From Candidatus Subterrananammoxibius californiae (GTDB lineage: Bacteria > Planctomycetota > Brocadiia > Brocadiales > Subterrananammoxibiaceae), in contig JAURAC010000035.1 of the NCBI GenBank assembly GCA_030586555.1, positions 1 through 30,136 of the forward strand: 30,136 bases of DNA. The letters run 5' to 3'. The notes beneath the pieces were generated by a model that did not search any database, was not told the origin of the DNA, and saw nothing but the letters and a program-made list of their open reading frames with translations. Position 1 is the first letter of the stretch. Each line of letters opens with the position of its first letter. Shown piece after piece: positions 17,390 through 26,530 of this stretch. Both the position numbers and the translations under genes were made by a program.

Positions 17390-18340
17390 ATGAGAGGAAG
17401 CTTTTTAAAAGCTGTGGGGTTTACCATAGCTATTATTGGGCTTTTCACTTATATATCAATTTATGTTAGTGGACTATCTGGCACTGACGGGGGTGAAGTT
17501 GGTGGCGGTATAGACCCTGAAACCGGTGAAAAACTTTATTGGGGCGATGGGCAGTGCAGTACATGTCATAAAATAGGAAACCAGGGGAGTTCAACAAGAG
17601 GCCCTGACCAGGAAAACCTTTACGTAAGGGCAGAAGAAAGGGCAAAAGCGCGAGGGTTATCCTCTGCTACAGAATACCTTGTTGAATCAATGGTGGACCC
17701 CAGTGCGTATATAGTCGAGGGTTACGGTGACATCATGCCTAAGGCCTATGAGCCACCTATTATACTTGAAAAAGACCAAATCCTCGCAATTCTTCTGTAT
17801 CTACAGAGTTTGGGAGGTGAGCCGAATATTGCAGAAGTTTCGAAATATAAAGACAAAATACCTACAGCCTCCAGGAAAAAGGTTAAACCCTGGGTACCCC
17901 CGGTAGTTGTAGATGCAAAGGTTGGAGAAGACATCTTTTTCAGTGAGACTCACGCGGCAAGTTGTTCCAAGTGTCACGTAGTAAAAGGTAAAGGTGCAAA
18001 GATTGGACCCGACCTTGATAGTATTGGTGCAATACAAACTCCAGAATATTTGATGGAAGCTATCCTTAATCCAAGCGTTCAAATTGTTAAAGGATATGAA
18101 ACTGTTTATATAATTACAACGGATGGTATTCCATACAGTGGCATCATAAAGAACCAGAATGAGTCCGAAATTGTTTTGGCAGTGGATGAGGGTGGTGTGA
18201 TTGAGGATGTGACGATTCACAGGGATGAAATAGAAGATATGAAACAACAAGAGATTTCGATGATGCCTGGCAACCTCAACGAATTATTAAGTGTAAAAGA
18301 TTTTTACGGGGTCGTAAATTATCTCTTAACCCTTAAGTAA
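17390..18340 (+). CDS. Membrane-anchored diheme cytochrome c (cassette 1)
   Basis: GGAG RBS before ATG 17390, N-terminal TM, CSTCH and CSKCH, C-terminal GPDL..ILNPS..GYE..SMMP domain resembling the Planctomycete/Verrucomicrobia-type heme-binding domain. Confidence 0.85.
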   Translation: MRGSFLKAVGFTIAIIGLFTYISIYVSGLSGTDGGEVGGGIDPETGEKLYWGDGQCSTCHKIGNQGSSTRGPDQENLYVRAEERAKARGLSSATEYLVESMVDPSAYIVEGYGDIMPKAYEPPIILEKDQILAILLYLQSLGGEPNIAEVSKYKDKIPTASRKKVKPWVPPVVVDAKVGEDIFFSETHAASCSKCHVVKGKGAKIGPDLDSIGAIQTPEYLMEAILNPSVQIVKGYETVYIITTDGIPYSGIIKNQNESEIVLAVDEGGVIEDVTIHRDEIEDMKQQEISMMPGNLNELLSVKDFYGVVNYLLTLK

Positions 18341-18388
18341 ACCACCCCTTTATCCCCTCCTTCGCAAGGAGGGGATTGAGGGGAGGTT
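18341..18388. repeat. C-rich/G-rich palindromic intergenic element (family B)
   Basis: ACCACCCCTTTATCCCCTCCTTCGCAAGGAGGGGATTGAGGGGAGGTT, with core stem ATCCCCTCCTT/AAGGAGGGGAT. Confidence 0.65.
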
Positions 18389-18407
18389 AAGTAAAAGGAA
18401 TTTTGTA

Positions 18408-20705
18408 ATGGGGGGAAAAGGTATTTCTTATTTGTTCATCTGGGTTGTTTCAGCAATTGCAGCAGTAGTGCTCCTGTTAAAGGTAATCTTTCCCTTAATA
18501 TTTATGCTTTTGCTTGGTAAACCAGGTTTAATGATTACGCCGAGGACCCTCTTCACCTGGTACATGATTATGGCTGTCCTTGCGGGCTTGCTTTATGCAA
18601 CATCAAGTGGTGTTAGATTTAAGGACTTCTTAAGTTTCCTTTATCAAGGAACCGAATCAAGCATCAGAAACGGGCTTTTCATAGGAATTTTAGTCATCGT
18701 ACCTTTGATAGTAGGGTATATAACATACGGGGCTGTAGCTCCGGGTTCAACATCCCCTGTAGAGTTGAGGATTCAGCACCCTACATTGCCAGGAGCATTT
18801 GAACATTTAGAAAACCCTTACAGGAAAGCAGACGCAGAGACGCAAAAACAGGCGCTAATGGAAGGTAAAACCCTTTATTACAAGAATTGCCAACCGTGTC
18901 ATGGTGACGCTGGAAGGGGTGACGGACCCCTGGCAAGAGGATTACGCCTGAAGCCAATTGACTTTACTGATCCGGGCACTATTGCCACTGTTGTAGAAGC
19001 CTTTGTATTTTGGCGTGTAAAAGAAGGCTATGCAGCGCTACCCTCTGCATCAACCCCGTGGGATTCTGCTATGCCGGTATGGAAAGATGACCTATCTGAT
19101 GATGAAATCTGGAAGATAATAACGGCTTTGTATGAAATTACAGGTATATCCCCCCGAATGCCTGAAGCTCATTCAGGTGAAGAGGCGAAAAAATTTGAAA
19201 GGTTGACACCATCCTTCAGTCCAACCGACGGGAAAGGGATTTATGAACATAGATGTGCTTTCTGTCATGGCTTTGAGGGTGATGGCAATGGACCGGTTGC
19301 GGACTATCTACATCCCAGGCCAAGGGATTTTACAAAAGGTCTATTCAAGTTGAGAACTACAGGTACAGGTGAACTTCCGCTTGGTGAAAACATCTTTCAA
19401 GTAATTACTTGGGGTATGCCAGGTACATCTATGGCTGCCTGGGATATGCTTAGAGAACAGGAACGTTCATCATTAGTCTCTTATGTAAAGACCTTTGCAG
19501 AAGATTTTGCACTTATAAAAGAGGAAGAGCTTGTTAAGGTAGAGATTGGAACTCCACCACAATTGGGTACCGAGTCCCTACCAAAAGGTAGAGAATTATA
19601 TGTAAAGATGAAATGTATCGAATGCCATGGGGAAAATGGAAGGGGAAATGGACCTGCCGCTGGGACACATATTGATGATTGGGGACAATCTATTCTTCCA
19701 ACAAATCTTACTGATGGGTGGAAATTCATAAGAGGGAATAACATAAAGGATGTTTATGCAACCTTTAGTACCGGATTGAACGGTACACCGATGCCGTCCT
19801 ATATAGATACACTTACAACGGAAGAAAGGTGGGCGCTTGCACATTATGTCTCAAGCTTGTCTGTCAACAGTGCAATTGATTCTGTTGTTATAGAATCTGA
19901 ATTTGCAAAGTCGGAACTTCCCGACAAACCAGACGACCCTCAATGGGAAAGTGTTACCCCCATAGCAGTCCCTTTGATTCCGCAGGCTATTATAAGACCG
20001 CGTTGGCAAAATTTTTCTGTTTCAAATGTCTTTGTTAAATCTATTTATAATGATAAAGAAATAGCTTTTCTTCTTGAGTGGGGTGATAGAACAAAAAGTG
20101 TTACTCATCGTGAATCTGACGCTACCGCCTGGGACAGCGAGACGGATTCATTCATCAAGGTGGATTTTAATAAACTAAATGCGCTAAAACTCCGGGATGC
20201 GGTTGCTATTAAATTCCCGGTGAAAATTTCTGAAGGACCTGAGAGACCACATTTTATAATGGGAGATGCTTCAAAATCCATAAACCTCTGGCAATGGAAG
20301 GCTGACTGGCAGGAAGAGGGAAAGGCATCCCCTGTAGAGGAGCTTAACGCAAAGGGTCTTACCAAACCACCTGCAGCTCAGGATGGCGCCAGCCAGGCAA
20401 CCCATGGTTTCGGTTTTTATGATGATGGCAGATGGAGGGTTGTTATAAAAAGACCCCTTGTAACCACCGACAATAAGGACGTGCAATTCATGCAAGGGAA
20501 GTTGATACCGATTGCATTCAGTGTATGGGATGGCTCAAATGGAGAGGTGGGGAATAGAATGTCTATTTCATCATGGTATTATTTAATTCTGAGTACACCA
20601 GCAAACATTCTTGTATATATGTACAGCATTGTTGCTGTAGGAATGGTTGGTGGTCTTGAATGGCTGTTTATTGTTAAGAATGTTTTTGGAAAGGTAAATG
20701 ATTAG
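18408..20705 (+). CDS. Membrane-bound triheme cytochrome c fused to an EbdC/NxrC-like (DMSO reductase type II gamma) heme b domain (cassette 1)
   Basis: 3 N-terminal TMs, CQPCH, CAFCH, CIECH, C-terminal IAFLLEW.D..DAVAIKFP..MG..NLWQWKA..GRWRVVIKRPL..AFSVWDG domain, C-terminal TM. Confidence 0.85.
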   Translation: MGGKGISYLFIWVVSAIAAVVLLLKVIFPLIFMLLLGKPGLMITPRTLFTWYMIMAVLAGLLYATSSGVRFKDFLSFLYQGTESSIRNGLFIGILVIVPLIVGYITYGAVAPGSTSPVELRIQHPTLPGAFEHLENPYRKADAETQKQALMEGKTLYYKNCQPCHGDAGRGDGPLARGLRLKPIDFTDPGTIATVVEAFVFWRVKEGYAALPSASTPWDSAMPVWKDDLSDDEIWKIITALYEITGISPRMPEAHSGEEAKKFERLTPSFSPTDGKGIYEHRCAFCHGFEGDGNGPVADYLHPRPRDFTKGLFKLRTTGTGELPLGENIFQVITWGMPGTSMAAWDMLREQERSSLVSYVKTFAEDFALIKEEELVKVEIGTPPQLGTESLPKGRELYVKMKCIECHGENGRGNGPAAGTHIDDWGQSILPTNLTDGWKFIRGNNIKDVYATFSTGLNGTPMPSYIDTLTTEERWALAHYVSSLSVNSAIDSVVIESEFAKSELPDKPDDPQWESVTPIAVPLIPQAIIRPRWQNFSVSNVFVKSIYNDKEIAFLLEWGDRTKSVTHRESDATAWDSETDSFIKVDFNKLNALKLRDAVAIKFPVKISEGPERPHFIMGDASKSINLWQWKADWQEEGKASPVEELNAKGLTKPPAAQDGASQATHGFGFYDDGRWRVVIKRPLVTTDNKDVQFMQGKLIPIAFSVWDGSNGEVGNRMSISSWYYLILSTPANILVYMYSIVAVGMVGGLEWLFIVKNVFGKVND

Positions 20706-20725
20706 AATAGGAGGAAAGAAGTGTT

Positions 20726-21529
20726 ATGTTTATCCATGAAAGATTGTCATTAAGGGCGTTCTTATTTCTTTGCTTGGGAGTCTTTGGTCTTTTGTTTTAT
20801 AATTCTACTGCAAGGGCTTACACAGAAAAAGATGTTACTGGTGGTGGTACAATCGAAGGGACGGTTAAATGGGCAGGTGCAATCCCTGAAGTAAGCTTTT
20901 TCCCTATTCAAAAAGACATAGAAGTTTGTGGTAAGGAACCGAAACTATCGCCGAGATTGATTATCTCAAACGATGGTGGTGTGAAAAATACGGTCCTATA
21001 TCTGGCAAATATTCAGGAAGGGAAGAAAATGGCAGAATTACCTTCCACTCTTACATTGGATCAGGTAGAATGCCAATATGAGCCACATATTTATATAGTT
21101 CCAGTTGGAGCCGAATTCGTCATGACAACAAGCGATGATACCCTACACAATATACATATGTATGGGGCTGCTAACTATAATCTTGCCTTTCCTGTTAAGG
21201 GACAGAAAATAGCAAAAAAACTGAGAAAAGCCGGGGTGGTTGATGTGGTATGCGATGCAGGTCATTACTGGATGAGCGCCGAAGTTCATGTTGTCGAACA
21301 TCCATACTATACAGTAACCGATAAAGACGGTAAGTTCAAGCTTGAGAATGTTCCCCCGGGCACATATAAATTAACCGCATGGCATGAGGGCTGGAAGGAG
21401 AAAGAAAAGAAGGAGAAGGAAGGCAAGATTGACAAGATTATGTTCTCTGACCCTGTTATTATTGAAAAGGAAGTCAAGGTAACAGAAAATGCCGTTCTAA
21501 CCGTTGAATTGGAGATTTCAGACAAATGA
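20726..21529 (+). CDS. Exported cupredoxin-like protein (paralog 3), first gene of cassette 2
   Basis: AGGAGG RBS, signal peptide (..ARA/Y), LHNIH..CDAGHYWM, NVPPGTYKLTAWHE. Confidence 0.8.
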   Translation: MFIHERLSLRAFLFLCLGVFGLLFYNSTARAYTEKDVTGGGTIEGTVKWAGAIPEVSFFPIQKDIEVCGKEPKLSPRLIISNDGGVKNTVLYLANIQEGKKMAELPSTLTLDQVECQYEPHIYIVPVGAEFVMTTSDDTLHNIHMYGAANYNLAFPVKGQKIAKKLRKAGVVDVVCDAGHYWMSAEVHVVEHPYYTVTDKDGKFKLENVPPGTYKLTAWHEGWKEKEKKEKEGKIDKIMFSDPVIIEKEVKVTENAVLTVELEISDK

Positions 21530-23265
21530 GACCAGATTGTTTTCAAAGAAAATTATCGTTTCTCATTATCATTATACCGCTTTTTTTATTGTTCTATGTG
21601 GCATGTCCAGCACTTGCCCAGGACATTAAAGATGTGGTCAAGGATTATAGACATTTTCCGTTAATCAGCTCTCGTATCGCAATATGGGTTATAGCTGAAT
21701 TACATCTGATGTTTGCGGCATTTGTATTAGCGGTCCCGATGTTTGTACTTATAACGGAAATTATTGGCGTATGCACTGGAGATGAAAAATTTGACAGGCT
21801 CTCTAAAGAATTTACGAAGTTACTTCCGGTTGCCTTTTCAATAACTGCTATCTTTGGCGCTATACTGATAGTCATGCTCATAGGGCTGTATCCAAAGTTT
21901 ACAGGCTATCTCATGGAGATATTTTCAGGCACAATGTATGTCTACGTCTTTCTTTTCTTTGGTGAATCTTTCACATTGTATGCTTATTATTACACCTGGG
22001 ATAGGATGAAAGATTCTCGGGTTACTAAGTGGGGTCATGTGACGATAGGTGTATTTTTAAACCTCTTTGGCACAGCCCTGATGTTTCTTGCAAACGCATG
22101 GGTATGCTTCATGATGAGCCCTGGGGGTATTGATGAAAACACCTATGCGCTGACAAGCCTATGGGGCGCTGTCCATAACCCACTCTGGTGGCCTATTAAC
22201 GTCCACCGTATAATCGCAAATGTTGCATTTGGTGGCGCAATCGCGGCTGCTTATTCTGCTTTTAAATTTCTTGGGTCAAAGGGACCTGATGAAAAGGCAC
22301 ATTATGATTGGATGGCTTATATAGGAAACTTTATTGCCACGTTTGCACTGATTCCACTGCCATTTGCTGGTTATTACCTTGCTTTTGAGATTCGAAAGTA
22401 TGACTTTGCCCTTATTACAATCCTTATGGGCGGTTCATTCGCATGGCTATTTATAATTCAGGCAGTGCTTATCGGCGTGCTTTTTATAAGTACAAACTAT
22501 TATCTCTGGACTGGCATGAACAAGATTCCTGGAGCAGAAAGGTATAAGAAATTTATCATTTTTATGCTTACCATGGTGTTTATAGGAATCGCGGTCTGGA
22601 TGACACCCCATACAATGGTTGCAAGCATTGAAGAAGCACGTAAAATGGGCGCAGCACATCATCCTCTTCTTGATTTCTTTGGGCAAATGCCTGCAAAGAA
22701 TACCGCTGTAAATCTCGTGATTCTTACAACGTTTCTAAGCTTCGTATTATATCGTAGAGCAAATAAGGTTGCTACCGCAACCTGGAGACACGTTGGAGGC
22801 GCTCTACAGATATTTATGTTTGCAGGAGCCGCAATTACAGTTCTTTACTTTGGCATAAGTTCATTTCCACCAACACCAAAGGATATAGCAATTCGCTACT
22901 CCATTTATCAGGTACTTCCAGTGATAGGCTGTATTATTGGTGTAATGGGAATTGACATACCTTTGTTTAAAAAATCTAAACCCCTCGGAGGTATTAGATG
23001 GGGAGAAATGCCTGTAAGGTCACAATATATTTTGTTTCTAATTGCAATAACATTCACCCTGTTAATGGGACTAATGGGGTTTGTACGCTCTGGTATCAGG
23101 GGACCATGGCATGTTTACGGAGTCATGAAAGACGCTTCAGAGGCTGCCTTTACACCAACTCTTGGCTTTGCCACAACGGTGATATCTATAGTCACGGTAA
23201 TATTTTTTGGATTTATTGCCTTTGTATTTTGGCTTAGCCAGTTTGGAGGGACTCGCAAAGAATGA
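21526..23265 (+). CDS. Cytochrome bd subunit I (CydA)-like membrane protein, bd-like family (copy 2)
   Basis: ELHLMFAAFVLAVP, FFGESF, FMMSPGG, NVHRIIAN, GFVRSGIRGPWHVYG. ATGA overlap with the upstream gene. Confidence 0.85.
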   Translation: MRPDCFQRKLSFLIIIIPLFLLFYVACPALAQDIKDVVKDYRHFPLISSRIAIWVIAELHLMFAAFVLAVPMFVLITEIIGVCTGDEKFDRLSKEFTKLLPVAFSITAIFGAILIVMLIGLYPKFTGYLMEIFSGTMYVYVFLFFGESFTLYAYYYTWDRMKDSRVTKWGHVTIGVFLNLFGTALMFLANAWVCFMMSPGGIDENTYALTSLWGAVHNPLWWPINVHRIIANVAFGGAIAAAYSAFKFLGSKGPDEKAHYDWMAYIGNFIATFALIPLPFAGYYLAFEIRKYDFALITILMGGSFAWLFIIQAVLIGVLFISTNYYLWTGMNKIPGAERYKKFIIFMLTMVFIGIAVWMTPHTMVASIEEARKMGAAHHPLLDFFGQMPAKNTAVNLVILTTFLSFVLYRRANKVATATWRHVGGALQIFMFAGAAITVLYFGISSFPPTPKDIAIRYSIYQVLPVIGCIIGVMGIDIPLFKKSKPLGGIRWGEMPVRSQYILFLIAITFTLLMGLMGFVRSGIRGPWHVYGVMKDASEAAFTPTLGFATTVISIVTVIFFGFIAFVFWLSQFGGTRKE

Positions 23266-24089
23266 AAAACTTTCTTAGCTTATGTATCTTTATCTTTGCT
23301 GTCGCAGGTGGGTTTGTGTATCTCGGAAACAGTATTCCTCAAATAAAACAAGGGGCTGCTGGCCCAGTAACCATCACCCTCACTGTTGAGGGACTGACAG
23401 AGGCCGGTAAGTCAATCTTTGAAAGAGAAAATTCGTGCCTTACATGTCATTCATTGGGAGAGGACCCAAAGGCACGTTGTCCAAATATGATAGGTGTTGG
23501 GGAAAGAGCCTCACAACGAAAACCAGGGATGTCGGCTGCAGAGTATTTTATGGAATCTGTTTATAGTCCTGATGCATTCGTTGTTGAGGGCTATCCAAAA
23601 GGTCAGATGAAGCCTGTCAATAGGCCTCCTGCTTCATTAAATGATGATGAAATTGTGGCGGTAACCGCTTACCTGTACAGTTTAGGTGGAAATTTTGACC
23701 AGGATGCGATTCAAAAGCTTGCAACTGCACAGGAGAAGTATAAAAAATTTGTTCCCACAATCGAAGTGGCAGAGGCAGAATTTCTAATGCCGGAAGCCTA
23801 TCCTGAGGATGGGTTTGACGTCTTTAATGAGATGAAATGCTGGCAATGTCACAAAGCGCCAGGGTTTGAGGACAAAGAACCAGAGAAAAGTGCGCCGGAC
23901 CTTCACGGAGTTGCAGCAATGCAGGATGCAGAATACTTCTATGATTCCATTGTATTTCCGAATAAGGTTATTGTAAAAGGCGAAGGCTATGTAGGAGAGG
24001 ATGGTAGGTCCATTATGCCTGAATTTCATGACTCACTGACGCTCAGGCAGCTCTATAGCCTCATCGCCTTCTTGCAGACACTTAAATAG
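23262..24089 (+). CDS. Membrane-anchored diheme cytochrome c (cassette 2)
   Basis: N-terminal TM/signal, CLTCH and CWQCH, homologous to 17390-18340 (SAAEYFMESVYSPDAFVVEGY). ATGA overlap with the upstream gene. Confidence 0.85.
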   Translation: MKNFLSLCIFIFAVAGGFVYLGNSIPQIKQGAAGPVTITLTVEGLTEAGKSIFERENSCLTCHSLGEDPKARCPNMIGVGERASQRKPGMSAAEYFMESVYSPDAFVVEGYPKGQMKPVNRPPASLNDDEIVAVTAYLYSLGGNFDQDAIQKLATAQEKYKKFVPTIEVAEAEFLMPEAYPEDGFDVFNEMKCWQCHKAPGFEDKEPEKSAPDLHGVAAMQDAEYFYDSIVFPNKVIVKGEGYVGEDGRSIMPEFHDSLTLRQLYSLIAFLQTLK

Positions 24090-24142
24090 AATGTAAATTT
24101 CACGAATATTACTTTGGAGGATATTATCGCAGGTTTTAAATT

Positions 24143-26407
24143 ATGAAAAAAGGAAAACACTCGTTCCTAGGTTTAGCTGACCTTGCATGGATTGCAATAA
24201 TATTGGTCATTTCATACGTCCTTTTTAAGTTCGGAATAGGTTTCTTTACAGGCCTCGGTACAGGCAAAGGTTCGATACCTATCCCATCGAGTATCATTTT
24301 CATGTATATGGGTATAGTAATAATAGCAATAGCCCTTTACCTTACGATTGATACTGATAGGATGCTATTGGTTTTCAACCCCATTGTATATCTTTACAGC
24401 AGTGAAGGCAATCCCTCTGCGGGGAAAAATGTGATATGGATAGCAAGCGTAGTAGCATTCCCTTTAGTAATAGGCTACTACACATATCAAAGGCTTCTTG
24501 TAAAAACTGTACCTCCGGGCGACCCTCCTGGCATTCATTTTGACCTCCCTGGCAGTTTCAAGGATTTACAGCAACCATTTAAGTGGACACCAGAAAATAT
24601 TAGCAAGGGTGGTGAAATTTTCACAGGGCTTTGTCAACCCTGTCACGGTTTCTTAGGCGATGGGAAAGGTTGGATGGCTCGTGCATGGATACCGAAACCT
24701 ATAGATTTTCGTGAATCTGGCACAATTGCCCAATTGGCTGAACGTTACCTCTTTTGGAGAATTACAGAAGGCGGTATCGGTCTCCCACAAGGTACAATCG
24801 GTTATCGTTCGGTAATGCCGAGGTGGAAGGATGCTTTAGACAATGATACTGTATGGAAGGTTATCCAATTTGCATACGTAAATGCAGCCCAAAGACCTGC
24901 AGATGTACTTGAAAAAGACCATTATCCAGAACCGCCTTTAGGTGATGGAAAAGACATTTATGAACGAAAGTGTTGGTTCTGTCATGGCTTGAATGGTGAT
25001 GGAAATGGTCCAGGGGTGCGATGGGATGGTGATAATATTATGTTCCCTACACCGCGTGATTTTACTTCCGGTCAGTTTAAGATTCGTACTACACCTCATG
25101 GTTCACTTCCTTCTGATGATGACCTGTTTAGGGCGATAAGTAAAGGTCTTCCTGGTTCTGTAATGCCTTCCTGGGAAGAAGTCCTGACAGAAGAAGAGCG
25201 TCGTAAGGTCATGGACTATATAAAAGGTTTCAACGATAGATTCAAAACCGAAGAAGTTCCTAAACCTATTGTAACTATAGCAGCGTCAGAGCCTTCTGTA
25301 ACGGAAGCCATGAAAGAAAAAGGGAGAGAACTTTTTAAGAGTACGAAATGTTTCCTTTGTCATGGTGAAGAGGGCGGGGCTAATGGTCCCATAACCGTTG
25401 AATTAAAGAATCAGTGGGACATGCCGTTTGTGGCAAGGGACCTAACAGCCGGCTGGACTTATAGAGGCGGAAATGAGCTGAAAGATATATTCCGTGCTAT
25501 CACAACGGGGCTTAATGGTACACCAATGGGTCCTTACGCAGAGATTCTTACAGATGATGAACGGTGGAGTCTTGCTGCATTTGTAAAATCCATATCCAGA
25601 CCAGTAGAACCTGGTGTTCAAGTTGTGCTCGACTCAAAGCTTATTACCGGAGAAATACCGATGGACGCAGATAACCCTCTCTGGCAAGGAATAGAGCCTT
25701 TAGGATTAGAGCTTGCAGGTCAGTTGATAGCAGTTCCAAGGCAATTTACCCCATCAATAAATCATGCAAGGGTGAGGTCTGTTCATAACGGAAATGAGAT
25801 TGCATTTCATATAGAGTGGAATGATTCCACAAATATGCAAGATGAGACATTCAAAGATGCTGTGGCAATACAATTTCCTACGAAAGCTCTTGGTGGTGAC
25901 ATCCCGAAGCCAACCCTTGCCCATGGTCAAGAAAAGGTAAATGTAAATATTTGGCATTGGAAGTCTTTCTGGAAAGCCGGTGTTAGACAAGAACTTCTAA
26001 ACGTTGAAGAGCCTTATGTTGAAGCTGCTGTGAAGGAATTGAACGTGGAGAGAGGCTTTGTTGCACCTTTGACCCTGCAGCCTCCTGAAAATCAGCATGT
26101 CAGTGGGCGTGGATATTGGAATGGCAAGAGAGGTTTGTGGCAGGTTGTGATGAAGAGGAAATTAAACACGGGTGATTCCAATGATGTTAAATTTGAACAA
26201 GGGAAATTTACTCTATTTTCACTTGGTATTTGGGATGGTTCAAACGGGGATATAGGCTCAAAAAAATCAATTACTGTTTGGTATTATTTATTTCCGGAGG
26301 CGCCAGCACGGGGCGGTGTATACTTTTATGCTTTAGTTTCTATAATAATGGCTGCTGCCGCTGAAATGTGGCTTGTTGGGTGGATCAGACGTAAGCCATC
26401 GGCTTAG
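24143..26407 (+). CDS. Membrane-bound triheme cytochrome c fused to an EbdC/NxrC-like heme b domain (cassette 2)
   Basis: 3 N-terminal TMs, CQPCH, CWFCH, CFLCH, IAFHIEWND..DAVAIQFP..HG..NIWHWK..GLWQVVMKRKL..IWDGSNG domain, C-terminal TM. Confidence 0.85.
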   Translation: MKKGKHSFLGLADLAWIAIILVISYVLFKFGIGFFTGLGTGKGSIPIPSSIIFMYMGIVIIAIALYLTIDTDRMLLVFNPIVYLYSSEGNPSAGKNVIWIASVVAFPLVIGYYTYQRLLVKTVPPGDPPGIHFDLPGSFKDLQQPFKWTPENISKGGEIFTGLCQPCHGFLGDGKGWMARAWIPKPIDFRESGTIAQLAERYLFWRITEGGIGLPQGTIGYRSVMPRWKDALDNDTVWKVIQFAYVNAAQRPADVLEKDHYPEPPLGDGKDIYERKCWFCHGLNGDGNGPGVRWDGDNIMFPTPRDFTSGQFKIRTTPHGSLPSDDDLFRAISKGLPGSVMPSWEEVLTEEERRKVMDYIKGFNDRFKTEEVPKPIVTIAASEPSVTEAMKEKGRELFKSTKCFLCHGEEGGANGPITVELKNQWDMPFVARDLTAGWTYRGGNELKDIFRAITTGLNGTPMGPYAEILTDDERWSLAAFVKSISRPVEPGVQVVLDSKLITGEIPMDADNPLWQGIEPLGLELAGQLIAVPRQFTPSINHARVRSVHNGNEIAFHIEWNDSTNMQDETFKDAVAIQFPTKALGGDIPKPTLAHGQEKVNVNIWHWKSFWKAGVRQELLNVEEPYVEAAVKELNVERGFVAPLTLQPPENQHVSGRGYWNGKRGLWQVVMKRKLNTGDSNDVKFEQGKFTLFSLGIWDGSNGDIGSKKSITVWYYLFPEAPARGGVYFYALVSIIMAAAAEMWLVGWIRRKPSA

Positions 26408-26530
26408 TATTGATTGATTAACTCGCGTAAGGATTTTTGGAGGCAAGTGCTCACCCTTTTACAAGGGAAGGGTTAATTTTGTCAATGCTGGTTTGCAAAG
26501 AATGGGCGGAGGTTTGCAGAGGAAGACAAA

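Noticed and set aside
15342..23265. Canonical cytochrome bd quinol oxidase (cydAB)
   Set aside because: No cydB, the GRQPW/Glu motif is altered, and the genes are flanked by c-type cytochromes.
18408..26407. nxrC/narI call implying nitrite oxidoreductase in this window
   Set aside because: Only the heme b domain is similar. No molybdopterin alpha or FeS beta subunit is present in the window.
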